64,000 bases of DNA from assembly GCF_037042905.1 (NCBI RefSeq), contig NC_087250.1:26848001-26912000 (forward strand). The letters are read 5' to 3'. Positions 25,929 to 64,000 of this stretch are shown here, piece by piece. Origin of the DNA: Lytechinus pictus (Eukaryota). The notes below the pieces were generated by a model. The model saw nothing but the letters and a program-made list of their open reading frames with translations, did not search any database and was not told the DNA's origin. A program made the position numbers and the translations under genes. Every line of letters starts with the position of its first letter. Positions within the stretch are counted from its first letter, which is position 1.

Positions 25929-26533
25929 AGGACAAGTCCACCCCAGCAAAAAGTTGATTTGAATAAAAAGAGAAAAATCAGACATGCATAACACTGAAAA
26001 TTTCATCAAAATCGGATGTAAAATAAGAAAGTTATGACATTTCTAAGTCTCGCTTAATATCACATAATAGTTATATGCACATCCTGGTCGGTATGCAAAT
26101 GAGGGAACTGATGACATCACTCACTCACTTTTTCTTTTGTATTTTATTATTTGAAATATGAAATATTCTTATTTTCTTTTCGTTGTCTTGTGAAACAAAG
26201 GTTTATTTCTCACTGAAAATGTGGAGTTACCATTAGTTAACATTATATGGTTCAGTCAAGTCGGTCCTTGACTGTCAAATCTGTAAAAATTGAAATATTG
26301 TATAATTAAAACAATAAAAAACAAAAGAAATAGTGAGTGGGGGACATAATCGATTCTCTCATATGCATGTGACTAAATTGTGCATATAACTATTTTGTAA
26401 AAAATAAGCGAAATTTCAAAATGTCTTAACTTTCTTATTTTACATCCGATTTTGGTGAAATTTTCAGCATTATGCTTGTCTGATTTTTCTTTGTTGATTC
26501 AAAACAACTTTTTGCTGAGGGTGGACTTGACCT
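25929..26533. mobile_element. Kolobok-like MITE
   Basis: TTAA on both sides; long imperfect TIRs aggacaagtccaccc / gggtggacttgacct. Confidence 0.85.
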
Positions 26534-27244
26534 TTAAGTTATGAGTCAGAATAAGTTAACCTTACAAAAGGAAATGAACATGATAAAGTAAATCATAAAG
26601 TCATGTGTAATATTTAAAAAAAAATAATATGAAGAGTTCTCTTGCATACATTTCATATAAAACGTTGTAGGAAAGGAAAGGGGCTATTAGGCAATCAAAA
26701 TGTTTAATTCAAAAGTTTGTTTTTGTTTTCAGCAAGTAGCAGTTGAGTTGTACAGTCAAACCTATGTAGAGTGGTCACCTAAGGGAAACAGCAAATGTAG
26801 CTACTACAGACAGGCGGCCACTATAGACAGGCTGGCTGGCGGCCATCAGATCTTGAAGTTACCGTGCATTATAGATAGACTGCAATGTACTGATCGTACA
26901 GGATGTGTTTTTAATGAGTTGCATGTAAGGTATTTTTTAATATACTATTGCATACATGTATCTATTTCAATACATCAAATACATGATCGTATTATCATTA
27001 ACCATGGACCTACTACTCTAGATCCATGATTATTCTAAGAGTAAGATTCACGGTTAGATTCAAGGACTAGCCATTCAGCTACTGTCAGAGTCAAAAGTTT
27101 TGGTGAAACTGATTTTTTTAGTGGCCACTATTGAGGGTGGGTTATTGACCGAGGGACGCAAAATAAGACGCCGCTGGCCGCATTAGACAGGTGGCTGCAC
27201 TAGACAGGGTCTACATACATGTATTTCCTGCTCGGGAATTTATA

Positions 27245-27561
27245 GGCCCGTATTCTGAACTCGGATTTAAATTAAACCATGGTTTAAAGTTGTGGTTAAA
27301 CTATGGAGAGCCAAGTGGGGCACAAATCCCTAACAGTACACATTCAATTTATTAACTCGCATGACGCCCAAATTGTTCATAATTGTCTGGGAACGATAAG
27401 TGACATATTGTTCTTCCGTATGAAAGTAAAAGGAAACAAAATAGTAAACCTAAGATATACATGTATACAATATAAACAGAATTTTTTAATTTTTGGCTCC
27501 CATAATTTTAGCACAGAGTTAAATCGTGGTCTAAGTTAAACCTGACTGCAGAATACGGGCC
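27245..27561. mobile_element. Harbinger-like MITE
   Basis: TIR ggcccgtattctg / cagaatacgggcc. Confidence 0.7.
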
Positions 27562-27989
27562 TAAGTGGCCACTATAGATCGGTGAGTGTTCAGACAGGTT
27601 TTACTATATTTGTTTTATAGCACTGTTAGCAACACAAGAACTTTCAATATATCATCTTTCTTCCTACATGTATTATTCATCAAATTTAAATGCATCATGC
27701 TAAATTTAAATGTGTGTAATATTTGTAAATAGTACATTGTAATTTATTTATTAACAGTATGCTTGTAGGAATTTGCCAAGTTCTTGTGCGTCCTTTTTAA
27801 AGTGGTTCGCAAGGACGTGTATTCTTTTTTAAAGTGGTTTGTTTTTTGGTGGTGGATTGTTTTGTAGGGCTTTGCTGACTGTGCTTTTTATATTTGGGTT
27901 TGTAAATGTATTAACAGGATAAGCACATTATTTTTAAACATTTAATTATTGGTTGGTGATAGGTGTGTAGGAGATTACTACACCACGGA

Positions 27990-28350
27990 AGAGCCTTGGT
28001 GTAGTGGTTCTGACTCTCGCCTTGTAAACAGAGGGTCGTTTGTTCGAATCCCACCGCCCTCTAGCGTCCTTTGGCAAGATGTTGATCCACACTTTGCCAC
28101 TCTCGACCCAGGTGCTAAAAGGGTACCCGGTAGGATGTGAAAGTCATTGTAGCTTGTCCAGTACTGTGTGCACCTCAAGAGCGACTGACTGGAATACTCC
28201 TCAGGGAGTGGAGGATGTGCATACATTGTGTGCAGGAATGACTGATTGAATCTGATGACCGGGGTAATAATATATCTGTATTAACACTTAGACACGTCGT
28301 TCCGAAGTATTAAAAGCTACTTAAAAGCAGATTATTGTCATTATTATTAA
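27990..28350 (+). mobile_element. tRNA-derived SINE, related family
   Basis: tggtgtagtgg A box, gttcgaatcc B box, ctcgacccaggtg core, ATT tail. Confidence 0.75.
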
Positions 28351-29090
28351 AACATGGATGGTTCTAAGGGTTAAAGTGATTTTCAGAATACAGATTTAAG
28401 ATATTAGCCAGCTATCTCACTGAGACGAGACAAAAGATATTACAAAAACTAGACAATATTCAGAAACCAAATAAAGGCCCATTTGCATGAAAACAAAGTT
28501 TGTTGTTTTCTAGTAGCCTTACACTCCAAAAGTATTATTTCTTTTTGGTGTGAAACCAATGCTAAAACATGGAATAAGCTGAAAATTCCAAGATACAATC
28601 TTTGTTTTAGCTATGTGATACGCAACCTCTTACTTTGTACAATAACATGCTGTAAAATGTGAAAAAGATAATTGAGAGTTGGTTCCATGTGTAAATATCC
28701 TCAAAGGTAAACTTTGAATTTCAATTAAGAATCACCAGTAAAAAAAGGGGAGTGGAGTGGAATGTCATTACTCTCCTACACAAAATATTACATTCTTCAT
28801 TGTATAGGTGTTCTGTCCATGTAATTCAGATTATTGAAACTCTACCAAATCTTTAGTCAGGCTTTAATTATTCACTTTTGAACAATATCAAACCCATTTG
28901 AATTTAACAGTGTATTCACCCTTGCAATATCTATTTAGAGACCTGTCCTGTGTGCAAATGATTGATATTTGGTTATATTTTGTGTGCAATATTTTATCAA
29001 AGTTGTTATGGATATTTTACTATGTAGTAGGGTGCTATTAACCTTTTGTTGTTCTATATTCCAATAGGTCTAGATTATTTGCCCAAACCA

Positions 29091-30330
29091 GGGCCCTGTC
29101 TTACAAAGAATTGTGATTGATCTGATCAATTTTAACAGTGGAAAGCCATCAGCACCATGTCTGTTCAAATTATTTTCCAAATTTGCATGAATCTTCATTG
29201 TAACAATTCAGAACTTTTCTGCTCTTTGCTTACAAAGGGACATCGCATAGATTTCCTGTATGAAAATTAATGACATTGATGGATTTCAATATTAGGTTGA
29301 TTGGATCGATCACACGTCTTTGTATAGTAGGACCCAGGACCCTGTCTTACAAAGTGTTACGATTGATCCAATCAACCACAACTATGGGAAGCCAGTAACG
29401 TCAATATCTGCAATGCTTGTTTTGAATGTATTATAGATTCATTGTTGTGTTGTCGATAATCTGCATGCATCCTCTTGATTTACAAAGGACATTGTCAAAA
29501 TTGCCAGTGGAAAATTATGACAATGAATTGATTTCCACAGAGAGTTGACATTGATCGGATTAATCACAAGTTCTTGTAAGATGGGACCTAGGTCTGCGTT
29601 ACGTTTTGAATTTCATGAAGAACTTAATGTTTACGTGTATTTACGCATTTAAATAGGTATGTAGATACAACTTGGACACTCAACTTGAGATAGGTGGGAT
29701 TGTTGTAGGTTCCCCTGATTGGTAAGATGGGGGCTGTCTTTGAAAGATAAAGATATTATAAAAAAGGTGGAATTCTATGGTCATTCCTCTCATAAAGCCC
29801 TGGTTGTGGTCCGTTTCATAAAGAGTTATGACTGTGGTAACTTTGCCATAATGGCAACTACCATTGAAACCTTGATTTGATTGGCTACTGAGAAATGAAA
29901 CGGGCCCAAGAAATGACTGGTGACGCTTTCTTGTAATAAATGATATATCACTATGTACCTGATATAGCACCGAGAATGTGTTCCAGTCATCATAAAGCTG
30001 TTTGTAACTTGATGAAACACCCACCTGGGCCCCCGTCTTACATAGAGTTACGATTGATCCAATTAATCCTAACTCTGGAAAACTATCAGGGTCATAATTT
30101 TTTTCTACGGGAAATTTGCAAAATTTGTAAACAAAGGAGATCACACCAAATTGTCAAGAAATCAATGAATGTATGGATACACATTCATATGTAGGGAAAT
30201 TTTTTAGCAAACATGCATTTTATATGTTGACTTTGTTGGCTTTGTGATTTATCGGATCAATCACAACCCTTTGTAAGACGGGCCCAGGCCCTGTAAACAT
30301 AAAGCTTAGCTGATTTTTACGATTGCATAT
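29091..30330. mobile_element. Cluster of Harbinger-like MITEs
   Basis: Repeated ggccc...gggcc-ended elements joined by cag/ctg. Confidence 0.75.
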
Positions 30331-31893
30331 ATTGTTGTTTATGATCAGTCATTAGCCCTATGATTGATCTCTAAGATTTATGTTAGTGGACGAGGAGGGG
30401 TTAAAGCACCAGTGATTGCTTCATGTACTTGGTTAATTCATTTTCAAGGAATCCTCTAAAATGGTATAAGCATGAGTTATGGTTTCAAAACTATTTTCAT
30501 ACATGTAGTTTCATACTATGATATCATTGGGAAGTATTTTTTTTTCTTCGTAACAAAAAATCTGAGCCATAACAGGCCTATGCTTCTTCCTCCTACCCAA
30601 GAACCTTCAAGGACTGGAACAACCTCCAACAGGATCCAGCCCATTACCATCTGTTGATGCCTTCAAGGCCTTCTTGAGTGGGATGCAGTCCCACAAACAA
30701 GAAATGTGTTTTACTTACACATGTATATTTATGTACGTGTACTACAAGATCAAGAGCTTTTATTATGAAATAATAGTATGTGAAAAGTCACGCACACACA
30801 GCCAGTGCATTGATGTTCTACATCTTGAAGAAGCTAGCACTCACACTGGAAGGAGAAATGAAAAAAAAAATCTTTAAATCAAATTGTCAGCAAACTATCT
30901 TTTATTGGAAAAAAAGTACTATTTAATGCAGTGCTATCATATTTATTATCATAACTAATGGAATTGTGCTTATGTTATATCGTAATAATAATATAGGGTA
31001 TTTATATTGCGCACATATCCACCTTGTTAGGTGCTCAAGGCGCTCCTATATATCATGGTGTTGGTGTTGTTTTCATTTATAACCTTTCAGTTAGAAATAA
31101 TAATTGAATGCACCTGAAATTTTATATTGAAATCTGGTTCATGGCCGAGTTTACAGGATGTGATATCAATATATTACAGAGGTTGAAATAATCATAATGA
31201 TTAGAATCTTGTTAATCATGACAAATGCATTTCTTGTTCAGATTCAGATTATTTGTTTGATTGGTTTAAATCAATTAACAAATTCCTGTCAGAACCATGA
31301 ATTACAAATTTTACTCACTGATAACAATACTTTCATGTGCTGTGCAATTCAGGAGTGTCATATTCCAGGGAATAATTTTGCTTTACAAATTTGAATTGCA
31401 TTTTTGGTAATAGGAGGAAAGCTCTCAACCGAGTAATGTAAAGTCCTATGTACCGTAAAAATATGCTATACAAAAGACTTTATGCTTAGCAGTCTTTCAA
31501 AAATGTGGAGCAAGTTGTGATGCGATAACAGGAAAATTATTCCCTGTTTTCATTTATGTTTTACATTTTGTTTTTCATCAAAAGTGAATTTCGATCATCC
31601 AATTTCAATTCTGTATTCAGTAACCTTTGTATGACATACATGTAAACATTAATTTGTTCTCTTTTGCATCTGCTGTGGGTTTGTGTATAAATTAGCTGTT
31701 CTATTTATTTCTTATAACTTTGATATCGTGCTACTCTTATTGGACATTACTCGCAATAGCAATATTATGTGTCGTTAGCTTTTTTATATTAGTACTATTG
31801 TGCTTTGCATAAAGTGATATTGTGAAGAAAGACATTATCTTAATGTTATTTGCTGTGTATGGTTTGGTTTCTTCTTTGTGGCTTGTGATACGG

Positions 31894-32257
31894 CAGGGTG
31901 CTACATAAGCACTTGCCCAATTGCCCGGGGCAAGTAAAAGTTAAAGTCGGGCAAGTGTTTTGAAGTATAGACCAAAATTCTCAAAGTAGAATGACAAAAT
32001 TTAGGGTCGATATGATATATCGACCCTAGTTTCGGTCATTGCAGGCAAGATGAAATCACTTTGGAACAAGAAATGCAATAACAGAGTAGATCATCTAGAT
32101 CAGTTCCTATCAAAAGAGAGAAAAAGGTCAATGGTTTATAAAACCGCACAACTTTCTTTTACAGAGTGAAATAGATTTTGTGCAAGTATATTCCAACTGT
32201 TAAAAAATTTACTTGCCCGATTGGGCAAGTGCTTCTATAAAGTTATGTAGCACCCTG
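31894..32257. mobile_element. P/hAT-like MITE
   Basis: TIR cagggtgctacataa / ttatgtagcaccctg; flanks gatacgg / gatacag; subterminal cttgccc repeats. Confidence 0.78.
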
Positions 32258-35200
32258 GATACAGAGTTTGAAAGATACAAGGGATCAGTTTGTAACTTCT
32301 GAAGGTTTCCATAGCGGAGAAGGGTGTAGTTGGTTTCATGGTACACCATGTGCATGTATCTATCGTGAGCAAATATTGATCCTCAAAAGGACCATCCAAA
32401 CTCGATGTTTCGACAAGTATGTTCTTGTCGTCTTCAGAAGAAACGTTGAGTTTGGGTGGTCCTTTTTCAGGACCAAAAATTGCCCACAAAAGTTACATGG
32501 TGTGCCGTGAAAGCCACTGCACTGACCAGTCAATAGTTGATTACAAAAAGGAATAAATACATGTAAGATTATGGACATTGTAGTTTGAAATGAAAGAGGG
32601 ATAATGAGTGAAGCTAGAGGGAGAGAGCTCTGGGGGGGGGGGGGGGGGGAGTGATATCGAAGAATGAGAGACAGTGAAGGGTAAACGATTGTGGGGAGGC
32701 AAATGGAGAGAGAAGAATGGAAGGAGAGATAATGAGGGAAAAGAGCGAGGATGGAGTAAATTAACCAAAATAATAGAAAATATATTCAAGAATGATTGAG
32801 GTTTTAGGACACACAAAAAGATCCAAGACAGAAAAAAAGGAGGAACTAAATAAGAGACAATGAGCTTGTGGATTTGTTCTCTTGTAGGTATTGTTTTTCA
32901 CCCCCCCCAAAAAAAAAAAAAAATAATAATAATACTAAGCTTTATCAACTACAAAACAAACAGACAATGATACTCTTCAATTTTCACAAATATTTGCACA
33001 AATATTTATTCACAGGAATTTCATGGAGTTACATGAATAGAGATATACAGGAATGGAGTACTGGGTACCAATATAGATACAGATTGATATACCAAACAAA
33101 ACTTATTACAAAACAAAACTTATTACAAAACTGATACTATAGATATAAATAATAATACCACTCTTTCTTGAAAAAAAAAACCACAACAGCAATTAAGTAC
33201 AAGTCGTATCACACATGATCGGTCAGCGTTTGAAGTAGCCAGAGTCGACATATTTTCATATTCACAAATATTTTGATAGAAATACATTCACATATGTAAT
33301 ATAGAAGGAATGGTGAGGTTTTTGGGGCAGTCATATCTAATCGAGGGACAATAAAAGTTATTTCATTTGGCAGACAATATTTTATATTTGCTTCTCTCAA
33401 CCCAGGTGTAGGCTATGATAATGGTTTTCACTGCAGATGTGAGTTACTTTATTTGGCAGACATTAATTCATGTGTGTTTTTCTCATAGTAAATTTTTTTT
33501 TTTTTTTGGGGGGGGGGAGTCAGATTTAAACAAGTAATGACTGATCAGTTATTTCATTTGGCAGGCATTAATTTATATTTCTTTCTCTCATATTCTCATA
33601 TCAAAATATGTTTTTCAGGGCAGTCAGATCCTAATGAATAAAGTTGGGACAGTAATTCAATTTGGCAGGCTAAAGTCAAAATATTATTTGTGTACATTAA
33701 CACTCATCTTGTTACCAAGCACCAAGACAAGTAGATGAAACATGTATGATTTGTCATATTTTATCAACATGACAGGAATTTCAGCTCCATTTTCTTCAAA
33801 CACCAGGGATAAGTATGGCATCTTGTTTATTACAAGAACATATCACCCATTCATGCCTACCTTAGAGCAACAAAATGAAACACCCCGCCCCCAGCTACAT
33901 GTAGAATCAGATCAACAATACTCCTATCTTGATCATTTGCATAGGATGCCATGGTGTGTGCACTCTACATTTAAAAGAAAGGAATGAAAAAGACCTTGAC
34001 CTTGCATATCTATTACATAATTTGTCGATTAGCTCCGCAGCCACAGAAAAGGGCCTTGTTTCAATCGTTACATAAGGTATGAGACACTGCTAAAAGCTAC
34101 CAAAATCCTGAAAGGTGATTGGCCAAAAGCATTATCTGTCACAGATAGCTTGCATTCGTTGATACATTTTATGTCAGGTCTATTGAACATCATCCTAAAA
34201 GGCTACACGACTGTATATCCAAGTTAAGTCTCTCTACATAATTTTGTGGATCTGACTGGTCCCCTTTTTAAAGGTAAAATTACATGGACAATCATCTATA
34301 ATATTGCATACAGGAGTTTGCTATATATTCAAACACACAATGGTACAGTATTTCAATTCATTTGGTATTTGGTTTTTAACAATTGCCATCATCATACTCA
34401 TATATAAATATATTTTATGATTATATTTTCACTTTAAAAGAAATGAACATGTGTAGAAATCAACCCCTCAACAACAATTATATTTATACACTGTCGATAC
34501 CTCCCGATACATAAAATTCTGCTGAATTAGTGTCAATACCATGGTGGAAAATTAACATATCTATTTCTAAATTCCTTTGAACCAACAATTCAATATTTCA
34601 CTAATTGCAAAATAATTTGTCACTGAGATATCTCCATCACAAATTAATTGTTCTACACTTTTATTTATATGGCAGTTTTTTTTAATATCATAGGAGCAGT
34701 TTATAGAAGAACATAATTCATTTTTAGAAGAAAATCATTTTTTAATATCATGAAAATCTGGAATGAAATCAACTTTGAGAAAGGAAGAGAGAGAGAGAGA
34801 GAAAGAGAAAGAGAGAGTGATAAGTAAGGGAGATCAAATGAATTGAAACAATAAAACATGAAGCATAAAATATGGTCAATATAACCTATGTAGTTGCTTT
34901 TACATGCTTAATGTGATGAATGCATACAAACTATTATACTAATGCTTAAACTTTATTGATATTAATGAATGCTTCATATGTATTACCTCCAATGTGTGGT
35001 ATATAATAGGCCTATATTCTTCATACATTATTACAATACATAAGCACCATTGCTTACAAAACACAAATGTACTTATAATGTGAAGTAAGCATGTTATCAT
35101 ATTATGTCAGTTACCATATAATACTGATACATAGAGGTTCTCCCATAACCTAATCCACATAATGTAATGGATGGAAAAATAGTCAATGATATTGCCCAAC

Positions 35201-35945
35201 AGAGATTTTGATCTTTTCATAATCGAGTTGGTTTTTTCTTGTTAGCGTTCACCTACTGGTTTCTGCACGATTACTCTAACGCTGACTCACCGTGGATGGG
35301 GTATCGGCAGTGTGAAAGCTAACAAAGTAACAACAAATCGATAGTGAAACAGTGAAAACCTCTGTTTGCTTGAACATAACCAATCAATGAATCTTTTATT
35401 GTGTGTGTGATATTGTCAAATATACGATATACATTTGTGATATTCTCATGTTAGTAGAGGGAAGTCTACCATGAGGTCAAATTGGTTTTCAAATTAGCAG
35501 AAATATATGAGAATCCATAAAAATTTCATCCATAAAAGTTCTATTTATTTTGCAAAGGGACCTCTGTGGCTAACTTGGTTTTTTTTGTAAGCAATGGTGA
35601 TTAACTTTTGTTGTAATAATTCATCAGTTTCTGCTTTTAATTGGATTGGATGTTGTAAAACCAATCTTAACCTTGGGGTAAACTACCCCTGGATGTACAA
35701 CCACGTTAAATAACTGTCATTAAAATTTGTCATAGTTCACATTTTTATCAGATAAGTAATATATTATATAATTGCACAAAATTCACAGACCTCAATATTA
35801 TAATCGATTTCATTACATCTACATTCTAGATTGGAACCAATGGAACATCAGATAGCAAAGAGAAACATTACAGCGAGGTATATTGAATTCAAATCAATGC
35901 AAAACATATAAATATAAAATAACACATTAACTTGCAAGTGGAAAC

Positions 35946-35982
<37 letters not shown>

Positions 35983-38900
35983 GAGAAAGAAAGAGAAATG
36001 AATGGGGGAGGATAAGTAAGAGAAAAGGGGACAAAGGGTAGAAAAAGTGGAAGAGAAAAATCATGATTTCACAAACTGGTACAGTACATCTCTATTTATA
36101 ATGAAAAATAACAGTTCATAATCACAACTGCTGTAATCTAATACTGGAATAAGTCTCAACCCAAGATTATTTAACCAACCATGTTTCATCGTATGTCAGA
36201 ACAGTGACTATCAAAATACTTGATAGATTTGTCAAGAGTTATGTGCCTAAGGTGTGACTACCGGTAATACTTTACTGATATCATGACCCTCTGAGATCAC
36301 ATAAATGAATTTCATCAATTTGAAATTACCATAATACTTATAGCAACTCAACAATATCTGCAATTCTGCAGGGGAATATCCACTGTTGTCGTGTCCCCAT
36401 GATCACAGCAATAGTAATGATAGATAGTGTTTCCTACAACACTAGATAAACCATTCCACCTTGGATATGTAATACATTTTACACCACAGTTTAACCTGAA
36501 ATTTCCATATTTTCAATGATCACAATACGTCATACACCGTATCAAAAACAGTATCACTTTCAAAATTCACACAAAAATATAATCACCATTTCTACTTATA
36601 TACGTTCAAAACAACACTGAGATAATAATATATTAATTCATTCAATATACATTAACACTGACAAATTGTTTAGAACTAGAAGGGCGTAACATCAATCTTG
36701 AAGGATTGAGTTACTGCCTTCTAGCACTTAACAGTTAATATTTATTGCTAGCAATGTTTTTCTTACATTCAGCAAAGAACGACTTCAACCATTGTTAATT
36801 TCAAAATACAATTCTCAATTTTTGTCAATTTCCCACCAATTAATCTTCTCATTTTATTACATGTATATATTAAAAAACATTTAAATACAAAATGGACGAA
36901 GCATTTGGAATATACATGGTACATAGCATGATAATTGGACGCAAAGGTCTAAAGCTATCATCGCAAAGATAAACTGCATAATATAAATCACAACTTTGCA
37001 TAACACTGATATGATATTATATAGCCTTTCTCTTTTACACATCACAAAATATAACTAATATCAAACTTCTCATAGTCATATCAACTACTATCATTACAAA
37101 ATAAATCATGGCAAATGTGATCAATCAGGGAGACAAAATACATGACAAGATTAGAAAGATAGAAAGAGAAATAAATATCTGATAGTTTATATACCAGTCA
37201 GTATTTTCTGAATCATTCTAACTCTCAAAATCCCAAAATGGAATTAATATCCTGAAAGTTAAAAAAGGTAGCATTCTTTCAATTGCTGTAACACTTTATT
37301 AAATATCAGGACAGTATATTTGAATCACTGTCCAAGATCACTTGTAAAGTATCTATCTACAACATGTACGTTACATCCACAGACCTCCGAAAGGAAATAT
37401 GTTATGCAGGATGGGTTTAAGGGGGGGGGGGGTGTTTTAAACAGCATAGTATTCATAATCACATTGAAAATAATTTTTATTCTGGCAAGATCAAATATCA
37501 AATACTATTTTTTCATATCCTTTTAAATTCATTCTCTTCCACTAAGTACTTGTCCATAAGGGTAAATTATGGGACCCTTTCACAAAAAGCTCTTGCAAGT
37601 GATTTTTACTGAAAAATGTGTTAAGCTACTGTAAATCCTTGCATTCGATTGGCTGAGACCAAATCACCAAGTGAAAATCAATTATTTCTTTTCTTCATGA
37701 AACGCTCCCCATATCATTCAGAGCACCATCGTGATACATACATAATGCTGATGAAAATAAGAGTGACAAAAAATGTCACCTGAGTAATGCAGATATAGAA
37801 ATGATATTGCTGAAACATTTGCCATTTTTTCTAAATTTTTATCTTAAGTGAGTGAAATAATAACTTTGTGTCCCATATTACCTGTATTTACCAATTAGAG
37901 AGGTTGCTTTTAGCTCTGGTTTGAATATTAACAACCTGTTATCACTTGTATTATAATCACGCAGGAGAACAGTGCAATAAATTTTACAGCAACACCAGCT
38001 TTCAATATCAACATCCCTGGAGAATATACCTACAACTTAACTACTCTAATATCATAAGGAATGAGAGTAGACTGGTATCTATCAAAGTACAAGCACAAAT
38101 AAGCAGAATAAATAATGAAAATATTCTTATCTAACAAAGGAAAGACATTTCACAACTCACCATGAGCAACATAAATAAATAGACATTTCATTAAAAATAA
38201 AATCGCAGCAGGAAAACAAAATTCTGCAGAAAATACTCTGATACAAAAAATAAATACTAGTTATTTACCACAAACTATACGCAATGGATATCAATGGGTT
38301 CTACTCATCTTTGCATAATACATATAAATATTCAATCAATCTACTATACCATCATGACTAATACATTGCATTATATGTATGACTTGTCAATATAACAACC
38401 TCGTTTTAATACCATGTAAAAAGAACAATGACCTCTGATGTTTGCCAATTTTGATAATAATAGTGATTTTGTCTAGTCCTAGTAAGATCGTTCTTCAACA
38501 AAATGTGATTTGTACCTTCAATCAGTAGGGAGGATATATATTCACTATTAAGTAGAACGGTCTTTATCCAGACAATGATTAATATACATGCCCATGTGTG
38601 CTTATCAGTGTCAGTAATGTTCAGCATATTCATGTGTCCAGCTGTACCTTACAAAGTTTGGAGTGTGTACATTATGTCAGACTTTACTAGTTCTAGTCCT
38701 ACAGTGATGTATAACAATTCACTTTAATTTCAAAGTTTTTCTCTCAGGTTTATTGCTTTCTTTGGGTAATCAAGTCTGACTTTGACCATATCTCAGTTAT
38801 ACTCCTGATCACCGTCGTCTGTCCCGGCTTGCTTTCGTCGACGCAGGTTGACACTCCACGTGAAGATTGATAGAAATAATACATCTTGCAATTGCTTTTA

Positions 38901-39238
38901 TCACAATAGTTCAATTCTGTGCATTTTGAATAAACACACCAACATTTTGGCATGCCCCTGATCTACATGTATACATACACATAATTGTTATATTCACTGA
39001 ATTTCTAGAGTAAATTGCATCATATTGTAGTTGACTAACTTTTACTAACAACATACATGTAGAAGCCAAGGGTTTCATAATGTAGAGACTTAAGCAGGGG
39101 CCTCGTAACACGAATATCAGCATTTGGTCATAGATTGATTCTTGTGATCGATTGCATAAATTATTATGTCAAATTATGTACATTAATCAACTATAGGATC
39201 AATTGCTCAGTTTTGTGCATCCTATTCAGACAAAGAGT

Positions 39239-63888
<24,650 letters not shown>

Positions 63889-64000
63889 CTGCAAAAACAA
63901 TAAAAACAAATATTAATGATTACATGACTCGTACATTCATCCACAACAATAATATTAATAGGCACTTATATAGTGCCATCTATCTCCAAATATTCTATTC

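Noticed and set aside
29680..30144. 154-aa ORF on -
   Set aside because: Runs across several adjacent MITEs; no domain signal
32235..32520. Overlapping 80-84-aa ORFs
   Set aside because: Bounded by an imperfect inverted repeat (ttcatggtacaccatgt / acatggtgtgccgtgaa), so more likely a small repeat element

Overview
AT-rich, intron- and repeat-rich animal genomic DNA. The repeat landscape looks like an invertebrate deuterostome such as a sea urchin, but that assignment is inference only. Two convergent spliced genes can be rebuilt by hand with consistent GT-AG sites and phases. (1) On +, a complete 6-exon RIC-3 nicotinic receptor chaperone gene (6741-25256, 383 aa). (2) On -, the 3' part of a DNMBP/Tuba-family RhoGEF (DH end, BAR, two SH3; 63888 down to the stop at 39239). 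The most striking structure is in the DNMBP-like gene. Three mutually paralogous phase-0 cassette exons (102, 93 and 93 nt) lie in the 10-kb intron at the BAR helix2-helix3 tip. Four different exons have their 3' half plus 5' splice site tandemly re-duplicated into the downstream intron, giving arrays of 3-7 donor sites. The introns also hold many non-autonomous DNA transposons (Kolobok-, piggyBac-, hAT-, P-, Tc1-, Harbinger- and Helentron-like), tRNA-derived SINEs, a 1.3-kb foldback and long (CAT)n tracts. Nearly all listed short ORFs are spurious.
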